DNA of 47,737 bases from Vampirovibrionales bacterium (GTDB lineage: Bacteria > Cyanobacteriota > Vampirovibrionia > Vampirovibrionales > JAJTHC01): contig JBILSS010000002.1 in assembly GCA_044371965.1 (NCBI GenBank), forward strand, positions 1-47,737. The letters are read 5' to 3'. How positions within the stretch are numbered: position 1 is the stretch's first letter; every line of letters starts with the position of its first letter. The notes beneath the pieces are model-generated. The model saw nothing but the letters and a program-made list of their open reading frames with translations. It was not told the origin of the DNA and made no database searches. Below, piece after piece: positions 27,588-36,992 of this stretch. The position numbers and the translations under genes are program-made.

Positions 27588-29216
27588 CTAATGACCCGCC
27601 ATGGCTAGCGGAGGAGCCTCAATGTCTAAGGACTCCAACGCCACAGGATCCTTCATAATGCTGTTGTGCATGCCGTAGGTGAAGTAAATCGCCAACCCAA
27701 TCGCCAACGCCACAAGGGTCAAGAACCACGCCGAAGACGACAGGCTCATCATCAACCAAAGGCAACCAGCGACGCCCAAAAGGGGAATCGTGATGCCAAA
27801 GGGGACTCGAAACGGACGCTTGGCTTCAGGCATGGTAAACCGCAAAATCACCACACCCACACACACCATGAGAAACACAAAAAGCGTGCCTAAGCTTGCG
27901 ATGTGAGACACCAAGGAAATCGGCAATAAGGCGGCGCCTAAAGCCCCGATACCTGCCATAATCCACGTAGCAGCGAGCGGAACGCCCATGTGGGGATCCA
28001 TTTTCTTCAAGAAAGCAGGCAAGAGACGGTCTCGGGCAATGGAATAAACGACTCGCACAGTCGCCATTTGCATGATGAGCATCACGGAACTAATACCGAT
28101 GACTTCCCCAATCACGACGAGCAGGTCGGCACCAGGGACTTTCATGGCGGTCATGGTTTGAGCCACCGCTGCGGTGCGGTGAATCTCTTCAATCGGATTC
28201 ACGGCGGTTACCACGACCGTCACCAAAATATACAAAACGGTACAAATTAAGAGCGATCCCAAAATGCCAATGGGCATGTCTTTTTGCGGATCTTTCGCTT
28301 CTTCGGCGGAACAAGCAAGAGCGTCAAAGCCGACGTAGGCAAAGAACATCAACGCTGCCCCTTTAATGATGCCGTCGTTGCCGAAGGGGGCAAAGGTTTT
28401 CCAGCCTTCGGCGAACCAATGTTTGGGCAGTAAATCAGGATTGTTCAACAAGAACCAGCCCCCAATCGCTAGGAAAAAGAGGATGATGCCGATTTTGGTG
28501 TAGACCATGGCAGTCGCCAGCTTGGCGTTTTCTTCGACGCCTTTGGTCAACAACCACGCACAAAAAAGCAATCCCACGACAGGGAAAATGTCAAAGCTAT
28601 GGTTGATGACAAGTGTCAAAATATCGGGGGATCCTGGGAGCGTGAAGGGTATTTTGCTTGTGGCAACCGACGCTTCATGGAGGGGGATCTTCTGCCCTTT
28701 TTCAAGCACGGTAAAGGTCGACGTATTCAACCACGTCGGTACACCGACGGCTAAAGCAGGGTTATGAAAGAGATTCGCCAAGGCTTCGCCAAAGATTTTC
28801 ACGCCATATAAAATCGTTTTGCCCCAGCCTTGTGCGATACACATATTGCCAGCCAAGTATTCCACCACCAACAACCAGCCCACGATCCAAGCGACGAACT
28901 CGCCTAGGGCGATGAACATATAGGAATAGGCGGATCCTGAAATGGGGATGAGCGTGGAAAGTTCGCTGTAAGACAAGGCACAAAAGACGCAAATCAAGCC
29001 TGAAATCAAGAAGGAAATGACTAAAGCAGGCCCTGCGTTGTCGGCAGCCCCTTGCCCTGTTAGCACGAAAATCCCTGTGCCAATCATGGCGGAAACGCCG
29101 AAGACGATGAGATCTTTCGCCGTAAGGGTGCGTTTTAAGCCTGCGTCATCCGCCTGATGTTCAGGCAGGGGGCGGGAACGGGTGAGGCTGTCCAACAAGG
29201 AAGGAATAGAGGGCAT
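27588..29216 (-). CDS. APC-superfamily amino acid permease
   Basis: About 12-14 hydrophobic segments, with an N-terminal LTAKDLIVFGVSAMIGTGIFVLTG motif typical of cationic amino acid / APC transporters. Confidence 0.88.
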   Translation of the reverse strand: MPSIPSLLDSLTRSRPLPEHQADDAGLKRTLTAKDLIVFGVSAMIGTGIFVLTGQGAADNAGPALVISFLISGLICVFCALSYSELSTLIPISGSAYSYMFIALGEFVAWIVGWLLVVEYLAGNMCIAQGWGKTILYGVKIFGEALANLFHNPALAVGVPTWLNTSTFTVLEKGQKIPLHEASVATSKIPFTLPGSPDILTLVINHSFDIFPVVGLLFCAWLLTKGVEENAKLATAMVYTKIGIILFFLAIGGWFLLNNPDLLPKHWFAEGWKTFAPFGNDGIIKGAALMFFAYVGFDALACSAEEAKDPQKDMPIGILGSLLICTVLYILVTVVVTAVNPIEEIHRTAAVAQTMTAMKVPGADLLVVIGEVIGISSVMLIMQMATVRVVYSIARDRLLPAFLKKMDPHMGVPLAATWIMAGIGALGAALLPISLVSHIASLGTLFVFLMVCVGVVILRFTMPEAKRPFRVPFGITIPLLGVAGCLWLMMSLSSSAWFLTLVALAIGLAIYFTYGMHNSIMKDPVALESLDIEAPPLAMAGH

Positions 29217-29427
29217 CGATACATTTCCTTTATATTCAAAACAAGGGTTTTAAACCATAGGGTGGATGAAATCTACATGAAATAAGTGTCATCATTAAAG
29301 GTGAGGGACAAATAGACCGAAAGAAGTGTAAGTTTCATTTTTATTACGAATGAACAAATCTTAACAAAAACATAAGCTTTTTGAAAGCATTTGCTTAAAA
29401 ATTGTTACTTTATAAGGACAAAACACG

Positions 29428-31170
29428 ATGGGTATTACATTCGGAGGCATCAGTTCAGGCTTGCCTGTGAACCAAATTATCGATGCGACCATCGCCGCAG
29501 AGCGTAGACCGTTGGATGCCATTCAAGCTCGTATTGACAAAACCAATACCCAAAAAAGCACTGTAGCGACCATTAGTTCTCGTGCCAAAACCTTCCAAAC
29601 CGCCTTAAGAGTTTTTACGTCCAGCTCTGTTTTGGATGCCAACATCTTCCAAGCTCGAAAAGCGACGTCCACCAATACCGATGCCTTGGATGTAACGGCA
29701 TCCGCAAATGCGAACCTTGCTAACTTGGCGGTGAAGGTCAACACCCTCGCGACACCCACCAATGCTCGTTCTACCGCCAAACCTGGTGCATCCGCAACAG
29801 CAGGAACTTTGTTGAGTTCGATTAAGAATATGTCGCTTAGCTCGGGGACTTTTAATGTGTTTGTCAACGGTGTGGCTTCAAGCGTCAATGTGGATGCGAC
29901 TACCGACACCTTTGGCGATGTGCTTGGACGAATTGGTGCGATTCCTGGTATCGCTAGTGCGACCATCAATCCAGACGGGCAACTCGTGGTGAATGCCACG
30001 ACACCTGGTACGGTGCAGTTTGGCTCTACTGGCGATACATCAAACTTTTTAAAACTTTCTAAGCTCGATACCACCCTAGAAGCAGGATCCACCTTTACCG
30101 CCAACCAGTTCTTTTCAACCGTCGACACCACGCAAGATGTTTCGACAGGTGCCGCAGGCTTGAATACCCCTGTTACGGCAGGTTCCACCTTTAAGCTAGG
30201 CAAAGCTACCTTTGACACCACAGGCAAAAGTATCGCTCAAATTATGAATGCCATCAACAATTCAGCGGATGCTGGCGTTAGTGCTGTGTTTAACAGCTTG
30301 AGCAACCGTATGGAGTTGACGTCCAAATCCACAGGGCAAGTCGGGATTCAAATGGAAGATGTCACAGGTAACTTTTTAACCGCCATGAACGTGATAAGTG
30401 CGGGCAATAGCTTGGCGTCTCAAACCTTAGGAACGAACGCTAAAGTCACCGTCAATGGCACGGAATATCTTTCTACCAGTAACGAAGTGGGCGAAGCCCA
30501 AACAGGGCTAAAAGGCATTACGTTGAAACTTAAGCAAGTCAAAACGGATGCTGATATTAACGTGTTGGTGGATCAAGACACCGCTAAACTGACCAAAGCC
30601 ATTGATGATGTGGTGAATGCCTTCAATACGATGATTGGTACCATTGACACTGAAACCAAGGCGGATACAGGTAAGCTGGGTGCTCAAAATAGTATAAGAT
30701 CCTTTAGAACAAGTGTTCGTCAAAACATGACGGCAAGCACCACAGGGCAAGTGACCTATAATAGCTTGGCACAGGTGGGGATTTCCACCGCCAGTAGCAA
30801 TGGGCAGTCCGCCAACTCGACGTTGACTTTTGATTCAGCGAAGTTTATTGCGGCGTTGAAGACGAGTCCTGATGAGGTGGAAAGTCTTATTAAGGGTGCC
30901 ACAGGGGTGTTCACGAAATTACAAACCATTGTTGACGGTGCCGTTAAAACAGGAAGTGGCACCAGTGACAAGGGTGTATTTCAGTCCATTACAGATAGTT
31001 ACGACAGCTTTATTACTCGTTCTAAAAAGAATATCTCTGATGGGGAAGCCCGTTTGGATCGGCGTCGGGTGCAGTTGCAACGTCAATATGCAGCGTCGGA
31101 TTCCTTGATTTCGCAGTATAGAAGTCAAGGCAACGCCTTGAGTGCGATTGGTACTCAGAGAACTCAGTAA
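29428..31170 (+). CDS. fliD: Flagellar filament capping protein (hook-associated protein 2)
   Basis: The N-terminus is GISSGLPVNQIIDATIAAERRPLD. The C-terminus has the coiled-coil region LDRRRVQLQRQYAASDSLISQYRSQGNAL. The middle is T/S/N-rich. Confidence 0.85.
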   Translation: MGITFGGISSGLPVNQIIDATIAAERRPLDAIQARIDKTNTQKSTVATISSRAKTFQTALRVFTSSSVLDANIFQARKATSTNTDALDVTASANANLANLAVKVNTLATPTNARSTAKPGASATAGTLLSSIKNMSLSSGTFNVFVNGVASSVNVDATTDTFGDVLGRIGAIPGIASATINPDGQLVVNATTPGTVQFGSTGDTSNFLKLSKLDTTLEAGSTFTANQFFSTVDTTQDVSTGAAGLNTPVTAGSTFKLGKATFDTTGKSIAQIMNAINNSADAGVSAVFNSLSNRMELTSKSTGQVGIQMEDVTGNFLTAMNVISAGNSLASQTLGTNAKVTVNGTEYLSTSNEVGEAQTGLKGITLKLKQVKTDADINVLVDQDTAKLTKAIDDVVNAFNTMIGTIDTETKADTGKLGAQNSIRSFRTSVRQNMTASTTGQVTYNSLAQVGISTASSNGQSANSTLTFDSAKFIAALKTSPDEVESLIKGATGVFTKLQTIVDGAVKTGSGTSDKGVFQSITDSYDSFITRSKKNISDGEARLDRRRVQLQRQYAASDSLISQYRSQGNALSAIGTQRTQ

Positions 31171-31252
31171 AGTTAAGCTCGTTCGAAAATGACTATTTCA
31201 AAATAATATGTTTGTATTAAGCTAAACTCATACGAAAAATGAGGCTTCGCTT

Positions 31253-32722
31253 ATGACAAACATCATCCCATACCTTCGCACCCATTGGCTCGGCAATATC
31301 AAAAATGAGATATTGGCAGGCATGGTTGTGGCGTTTTCATTGATTCCTATGTCCATTGCGTTTTCAAACATTGCTGGGGTAGCACCTGAAGTAGGTCTGT
31401 ATTCTAGTATGATTCTACTAGTCATTACTGCCATTAGTGGGGCAAGGCTTTCCATGATTTCAGGAGCCACAGGTGCCATGGCGTTGGTTATGACGCATTT
31501 GGTGCAAACCCATGGGGTTGAATACCTTCTTTTTGCGGGTATTTTGTCAGGTATTTTACAGATTGTAGCGGGGTATTTGCATTTAGGATCACTCATGCGG
31601 TTTGTGTCGCCTTCCGTGGTCACGGGCTTTTCTAACGCTTTGGCGATTTTATTGTTTATGGCACAACTCAAAAGCTTGCACAATGCAGATGCAACGGTAT
31701 ACGGATTGCTGGCTTTGGGCATCTTGGTTATTTATGGACTTCCCTATTTAACAAAAGTCGTACCAGCCCCCTTGGTTTCGATTGTTGTGGTGACAGCAAC
31801 GTCTTTGTATTTCGGGTTGGATGTTAATACCGTTGCAGATATGGGCAAACTACCTTCGGGCTTGCCCCTATTTCACATTCCTCAAGTCCCTTTGAACTGG
31901 GAAACGTTCGTCATTATTATGCCTTATGCCTTAAGTCTAACGTTAGTGGCTATTTTAGAATCTTTAATGACGGCTCGCATTTTGGATGATATTACCGACA
32001 GTGCCAGCGACAAAAACAAAGAATGTAAAGGACTTGGGGTGGCAAATTTGGTAGCAGGATTTTTTGGTGCCATGCCGGGTTGTGCATTAATTGGGCCTTC
32101 TGTTATGAACTTAAAACTGGGTTCAACTGGGCGGTTGTCTGCCTTATTTGCAGGGCTTTTCTTGATGTTCTTACTTGTGGGCTTAGGTTCTTGGGTACAG
32201 CAAATTCCTGTGGTGGCGTTAACGGCGGTTATGATTATGGTGTGCATCCATATTTTTGATTGGTCGTCTCTCAAAACACTGCATGTTTACCCCAAAACCT
32301 GTAGCTTTATTATGATTGTGACGGCATGGGTAATTGTTGTTACGCATGATCTTTCTATGGGGGTATTTGCGGGCGTTTTGTTGAGTGCCTTGTCGTTTTC
32401 TCGGCGAGTGTCTCGTATGTTGACGGTAGAATCTGTGTTGGCTGAAAACGGCACGCATCGCACCTATTACATTACAGGGCAGGTATTTTTTGCGTCGGTG
32501 GATATGTTGGTGCAGTATTTTGACTTTAATGAAGATCTTGAAAGTGTGACCATTGACGTGAGCCAAGCCCATTTGTGGGATTTATTTGCGGTGGGGGGCT
32601 TTGACAAAATCGTCTTGAAATTTAAGAAGAAGAACATCTCTGTTGTTGTTCAAGGCATGAACGAAGCTAGTGCGTCGCTTGTGGATCAGCTTGGTACCTA
32701 TGCCAAACTTAATACCAATTAA
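31253..32722 (+). CDS. SulP-family anion transporter with a C-terminal STAS domain
   Basis: Multiple TM segments, a SulP-type N-terminus (LRTHWLGNIKNEILAGMVVAFSLIPMSIAFS) and a STAS-like tail. The last codons and the stop lie in repeat copy C. Confidence 0.88.
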   Translation: MTNIIPYLRTHWLGNIKNEILAGMVVAFSLIPMSIAFSNIAGVAPEVGLYSSMILLVITAISGARLSMISGATGAMALVMTHLVQTHGVEYLLFAGILSGILQIVAGYLHLGSLMRFVSPSVVTGFSNALAILLFMAQLKSLHNADATVYGLLALGILVIYGLPYLTKVVPAPLVSIVVVTATSLYFGLDVNTVADMGKLPSGLPLFHIPQVPLNWETFVIIMPYALSLTLVAILESLMTARILDDITDSASDKNKECKGLGVANLVAGFFGAMPGCALIGPSVMNLKLGSTGRLSALFAGLFLMFLLVGLGSWVQQIPVVALTAVMIMVCIHIFDWSSLKTLHVYPKTCSFIMIVTAWVIVVTHDLSMGVFAGVLLSALSFSRRVSRMLTVESVLAENGTHRTYYITGQVFFASVDMLVQYFDFNEDLESVTIDVSQAHLWDLFAVGGFDKIVLKFKKKNISVVVQGMNEASASLVDQLGTYAKLNTN

Positions 32723-32886
32723 ACGAGTGAATAGCGTATAGAAAGCTCTGCGAAAGTCCCATTCGGCGAATCTTCTGTGTCAAAACAAGCCGTTTTTTCG
32801 TTGTGTACGTCTATGTACACGCCTCAAAAGCCGTTTGTTTTTCCTTGAATCTTCATCCGACTTGAACTTTTGCAGAGCCTTCTATA
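32712..32886 (+). repeat. MITE-like repeat, copy C (diverged L module plus a nested element with its own 21-nt inverted repeats)
   Basis: ataccaattaaacgagtgaatagcgt is followed by the inverted repeat tatagaaagctctgcgaaagt (32737-32757) / acttttgcagagccttctata (32866-32886). The interior shares gtacgtctatgtacacgcctcaaaagccgtttgtttttcc with copies A, B, D and E. Confidence 0.7.
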
Positions 32887-32891
32887 GGTGG

Positions 32892-35800
32892 CTAACCAAA
32901 CTTCATGAGTTCTTCGGCTTGGCTTTTGAGCGTCGTGTTCTGACTTTGCATCGCCAAACGAATGGCTTGCTCGGCAAATTGACGACTCTTCTTCACATAA
33001 GCGTCCTGCTTCGGAAGCGGTATACCCTGATCATACGCTACTTTGTGATGAATATGTGCCAGTAACGACAATGCCGTCACCAAGACACGCCCCATCAAGG
33101 AAGAGGCTAAAGGTTCCCACAAGGCAGATAAGGATTGAATGGCTGAAATGCTCTTGTTTTCAAGAATGAGACAGCGGACTTCCACCAATTGAGCCTGCCA
33201 ACCCAGCAACTTAAAGCGTTCTAGTACCCCCTGCCCACGAGCGGACGCTTGAGCCTCTAAGGCGTGACGAATATCCGTCACTTGACGGCTGGCAAGAGCT
33301 AAATCGACGTGTTGCGTATTTAAAACCTCTACTAAGAAGCCTAGAGACAGGGTCTTTAAATGCCCTTGCCTGTCTGCATTTTGTTCAGGGGCAAGGATGC
33401 TTCCCACAAAGGTTTTCAGGGCTAAGGCGTGCAAAGGCGTAAATTTGTCTTGATTATGTTGAACATCTTCCGCCAAATGACCGTAAAGCTTCTGTACATG
33501 GGGTTGCGTACGTTGAAAACGCTCTTCCAACCAATTGACATGGACATAATCCACGAGCGTTTGATGCAAGGCGATGCTTTGCGTCGGCGTGGATGCCAAC
33601 ACGACTTTCACTTGTTCGGTGACTTGCTTATAGGCGTTGAAGGCTCCCTTGTCGTAAAGATAATGGGCATAAGCGAGTTGACTGCGAGCGATCCATAGCG
33701 GGTTTAGCTCTTCCGTGATGCACGTTTCCCACAAGCCTTTCGCCACGCCATACCAATACTTTACGCCTTTTGAATCCGCTTTTAAACGATGCACCTGTAA
33801 ACCTAATCCAATGGCTTCAAGTTTCCAAGGCACCAAGGGGATGGATCTTTCTTGCCAAATCGCATGGCTTGAAAGGGTTTGCCACAGATCGTCCAACGTA
33901 TTAAAATCGGCTTTCAACCACGCCAAGACGGCAAGGCTCGTTTGAGCAATGAAATCGCCGTGTTGATTGAGTTGTGATTCGTGATGAATGCCTAAGGCGT
34001 ATTCGTACAAACGCCCTGCATGGGCAATTTCCAGCTGTTCTTTGGCTTCATCACCCAATAAAATCAACATTTCAAAACTTTGAGACGCAGGCAAGCTCAA
34101 ATTGCCTGCTTGCAAGGCTTCATAGGCTTCACGCTTAAGAAGCTGTTTTTCCGCCGTGACATCTTCCGTGATATGAAACCACTGCCGTAAAATAGCGATG
34201 CGTTCCTGCACGCCTAGATCCGCTTTTTGCAGGGGACTCAACAGTTCTAAAGACTCTAACCACGGTTCACTAATGGGGTGAATCCGCTTTCGCCACGCTT
34301 GAGCTTGTTCCGCCACGGCTTGAGGGTTGCCTGCATGAAAGGCGTGAAAGGCGAGTAGCGGTTCAGCAATGGCGACAGGGGCATCAAAGTGCTGGCTTAA
34401 GGATTCGTAAATCCATGCGTGCATATGGCTTAATTCTTCTGCTGGAATGAATTGACGTAAGGTGTTCAAAAGCTTGGGGTGACGAAACGCAATGGTGTCC
34501 GCTACATCAGGAATCAGCCAGCCCTGTTCCCACAACACGCCTAGGAAATGGCTTAAGTGTTCTTCATCAATGCCGAGCAAACCTGCCAAAGACGGCATCG
34601 AAAAGCGAGGTCCTAAAATGCCAGCCAATTGCAAGACTCGTGCGACATCTTCAGGCAAAACACTAAGCCGTTCATGCCAAACGTTCAACATGGAATCAGG
34701 CAATTTAAAGGCAGACAACACATTGAAATCAGGCACGCTTAACGCCCCCGTTTCAGGATCTACACCCAAAACTTGCCGTTGAATGGCATAACGCAAAATC
34801 TCTTCAAAGTAAAAAGGGCGACCTTCTCCTAAACGCAAAACTTCCGCAATAAAGGACGGTGGGCAAGCGTCATAACAGGTGGAAAGCCATCCTTTTTGCA
34901 AGTAAGCCGTGCTTTCTTCTTCATTGAAGGGGACAATTTTCGTCGCACAATATAAGGACGCATCCAAGTTTTCAAGCACGGCTAAATGCCGTGAGGGCTT
35001 GGCATGCAAGACCCACACCAAGCCCTTTTGACGAGCCAGTTCATGCTGGTGCAATAAAATCTGTAAAACGTATAAAGACGCTTCATCAGCCGTGTCAAGG
35101 TTTTCAAGCTGGAGCAATAAGGGTTTGACGTTCGCCACATGAGACAGCGTCCATGCCAAGGCTTCAATGAGATCGACATGAGGCACGTCATGAATTTCGC
35201 CTCCCATAAAGCGAGTCAGTGTTTTAATATGGGGAAAGGCTTTAAACTGCTCGGTTTCAGGCACGACATAATGCAAAACCGCTTCAATCGAAGGCTGAAT
35301 CTGGCTTTGCAAAAGCCCTTCTGTTGGCAATTGAAACAAGGCACGGCACACATCTTGCCACAATTCAAGGGGGTAAGGATGCCCCGAACGGTGTCTGTAA
35401 TGGGACGTATGAAGCGTCAAATACTGCGGTTCGACTTCAGACGCTTCGCTTGCGGCTTCGGCTTCGGCGTCTGGCGGTTCAGCAGACGCCCCTTCTTGCA
35501 AGAAGGCATCCACTTGTTGACGAGCCGTGACTACGGCGGTGGTGCTTCCCACACCTGATTCACCCAACAAGCAACAGACTTGTTGCGACGTTGGGTAATT
35601 GTCGTCATACAATCCCAAGCCTTTCGCTAAAAAGAGGGGTAAAAACTCTTGAATGCTTTCCACCGTGTAAGGCGTGGTATGAACATCATGTTCCGAAATC
35701 CACAAGGTGACCCCTTCGACATGGGGCCAAGCAGGTTCTTCATCAAAGAGCTGTAACCTTGGGCGATATGCCGATTCTTCCACAGGCGTAGGCAGGGGAA

Positions 35801-36956
35801 CATCTTCAAAGGCACTGGCAATGGAACGTTTAATCTCGGTGCTTTGCGTCGTTTTAGGATCCACAATCACGGGAGGCAATTCTGAGGTCAAGGTGCTTTG
35901 CAGATCGCCAAACACATCAAAAGAAGGCGCTTCTTCTACAGAAAGCTCAAAATTGGGAGCCATAGGCTCTTGATATGCTTGAGGCGGAGGAGGCAATGGA
36001 GGGGCTTGCTGGGCTTGAGCCATAGGAGCATCCACAGGAGCGGTGGGTTCCCCTGCGAATTGCTCTATACTATAGGGATTTTCTTCAAAAGCAGCCTGCA
36101 TGGCTTGCATCGCTTCTTCGGATGCATCTTGAGCCAAGCTTTCATTCAGTTCATGCAAAACGCCTTGCAACGCCGAAATGGGATCCAGCTCTTCAGGTTC
36201 AGGAACAGGTGGAGGCGGTGGTGGAGGCACCAAGACAGACGCAAACGAATCCAGCGGAGGGCGGTACGCTGTTTGAGCCGAAGCCGTTTCCACCGCAAAA
36301 TCACTAAAGCCATCTTCTTCACTGGTGGAATGACTAGGCGAAGGGTTGGCTTGGGTTTGCCCAAGGTCGCCGACATCTGGCGAAGATGCCAAGACGTCAT
36401 TGAGGTTTAGCACAAAGTAGTTGCCTTGTTGAGCCACAGGGTTTTCGCCTTCTAAGGGCGAAAAGGGGTAACGCTTCTGCCCCATGGTATTGACGACCAA
36501 ATGAGACACCACCAATTGCCCTGCGGTGGCTAAGCTACGTTCTGTGGCAGCTGCCATGGGGTTGCGTTGTTGGACGTCGTCCAGCGTTAAGCCAAATCGC
36601 AAGGTAAGGCTCGGGTATTGTTGAGCGATTGGTAAAGGATGAGCTTGCAGATTAAGCACCAGCTTAATCGCCGATTCCAGTGCATCGACAGGGGTGGCTT
36701 CTTGAGGAAAGGCGACAAAAGCAATGTTTTGATATTGGCGTTCTACTGTTGCTCCAAGGCTTTCGCCCAATTGAGCGAGGCGTTCCACCACTTGCTGATG
36801 CCACGCCTGATGCACCGTTTCACGATCCCCCGTGGGTTCGCTAAACACCAGTTCAGAAGAAAGCACTTCAATACACAACAAAGCAAGCACGGTTGAAGCC
36901 CCTTTTGTTGAAGGGGATTTGGGTGAAAAGAAGGGCATTGCAAAGGGGGGGGACAT
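32892..36956 (-). CDS. Large multidomain protein: degenerate cyclase-homology-like N-terminus, Pro-rich linker, degenerate P-loop (AAA_16/STAND-like) and a helical-repeat C-terminus
   Basis: I prefer the ATG at 36956 (GGAG 6 nt upstream) over the TTG at 36968. The P-loop-like motif GESGVGST lies at 35541-35564. PPPPPPVPEP and PPLPPPPQ tracts are present, followed by a long alpha-helical, TPR-like tail. Confidence 0.7.
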   Translation of the reverse strand: MSPPFAMPFFSPKSPSTKGASTVLALLCIEVLSSELVFSEPTGDRETVHQAWHQQVVERLAQLGESLGATVERQYQNIAFVAFPQEATPVDALESAIKLVLNLQAHPLPIAQQYPSLTLRFGLTLDDVQQRNPMAAATERSLATAGQLVVSHLVVNTMGQKRYPFSPLEGENPVAQQGNYFVLNLNDVLASSPDVGDLGQTQANPSPSHSTSEEDGFSDFAVETASAQTAYRPPLDSFASVLVPPPPPPPVPEPEELDPISALQGVLHELNESLAQDASEEAMQAMQAAFEENPYSIEQFAGEPTAPVDAPMAQAQQAPPLPPPPQAYQEPMAPNFELSVEEAPSFDVFGDLQSTLTSELPPVIVDPKTTQSTEIKRSIASAFEDVPLPTPVEESAYRPRLQLFDEEPAWPHVEGVTLWISEHDVHTTPYTVESIQEFLPLFLAKGLGLYDDNYPTSQQVCCLLGESGVGSTTAVVTARQQVDAFLQEGASAEPPDAEAEAASEASEVEPQYLTLHTSHYRHRSGHPYPLELWQDVCRALFQLPTEGLLQSQIQPSIEAVLHYVVPETEQFKAFPHIKTLTRFMGGEIHDVPHVDLIEALAWTLSHVANVKPLLLQLENLDTADEASLYVLQILLHQHELARQKGLVWVLHAKPSRHLAVLENLDASLYCATKIVPFNEEESTAYLQKGWLSTCYDACPPSFIAEVLRLGEGRPFYFEEILRYAIQRQVLGVDPETGALSVPDFNVLSAFKLPDSMLNVWHERLSVLPEDVARVLQLAGILGPRFSMPSLAGLLGIDEEHLSHFLGVLWEQGWLIPDVADTIAFRHPKLLNTLRQFIPAEELSHMHAWIYESLSQHFDAPVAIAEPLLAFHAFHAGNPQAVAEQAQAWRKRIHPISEPWLESLELLSPLQKADLGVQERIAILRQWFHITEDVTAEKQLLKREAYEALQAGNLSLPASQSFEMLILLGDEAKEQLEIAHAGRLYEYALGIHHESQLNQHGDFIAQTSLAVLAWLKADFNTLDDLWQTLSSHAIWQERSIPLVPWKLEAIGLGLQVHRLKADSKGVKYWYGVAKGLWETCITEELNPLWIARSQLAYAHYLYDKGAFNAYKQVTEQVKVVLASTPTQSIALHQTLVDYVHVNWLEERFQRTQPHVQKLYGHLAEDVQHNQDKFTPLHALALKTFVGSILAPEQNADRQGHLKTLSLGFLVEVLNTQHVDLALASRQVTDIRHALEAQASARGQGVLERFKLLGWQAQLVEVRCLILENKSISAIQSLSALWEPLASSLMGRVLVTALSLLAHIHHKVAYDQGIPLPKQDAYVKKSRQFAEQAIRLAMQSQNTTLKSQAEELMKFG

Positions 36957-36992
36957 GAAAATCTCCAAACTATAGTATTCGTTAGATTTAGT

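Noticed and set aside
29217-29427. Looked for sigma28 or sigma54 promoter consensus upstream of fliD (for example around tttttgaaagcatttgctt).
   Set aside because: The GG of the -24 element is missing and there is no GCCGATAA-like -10, so I am not reporting a promoter.
31228-31722. 164-aa minus-strand ORF overlapping the 5' part of sulP.
   Set aside because: It is antisense to a transporter gene with clear TM periodicity and has no motif or start context.
32835-33065. 76-aa plus-strand ORF starting in repeat copy C.
   Set aside because: It begins in repeat sequence and runs antisense into the 3' end of the 1354-aa gene.
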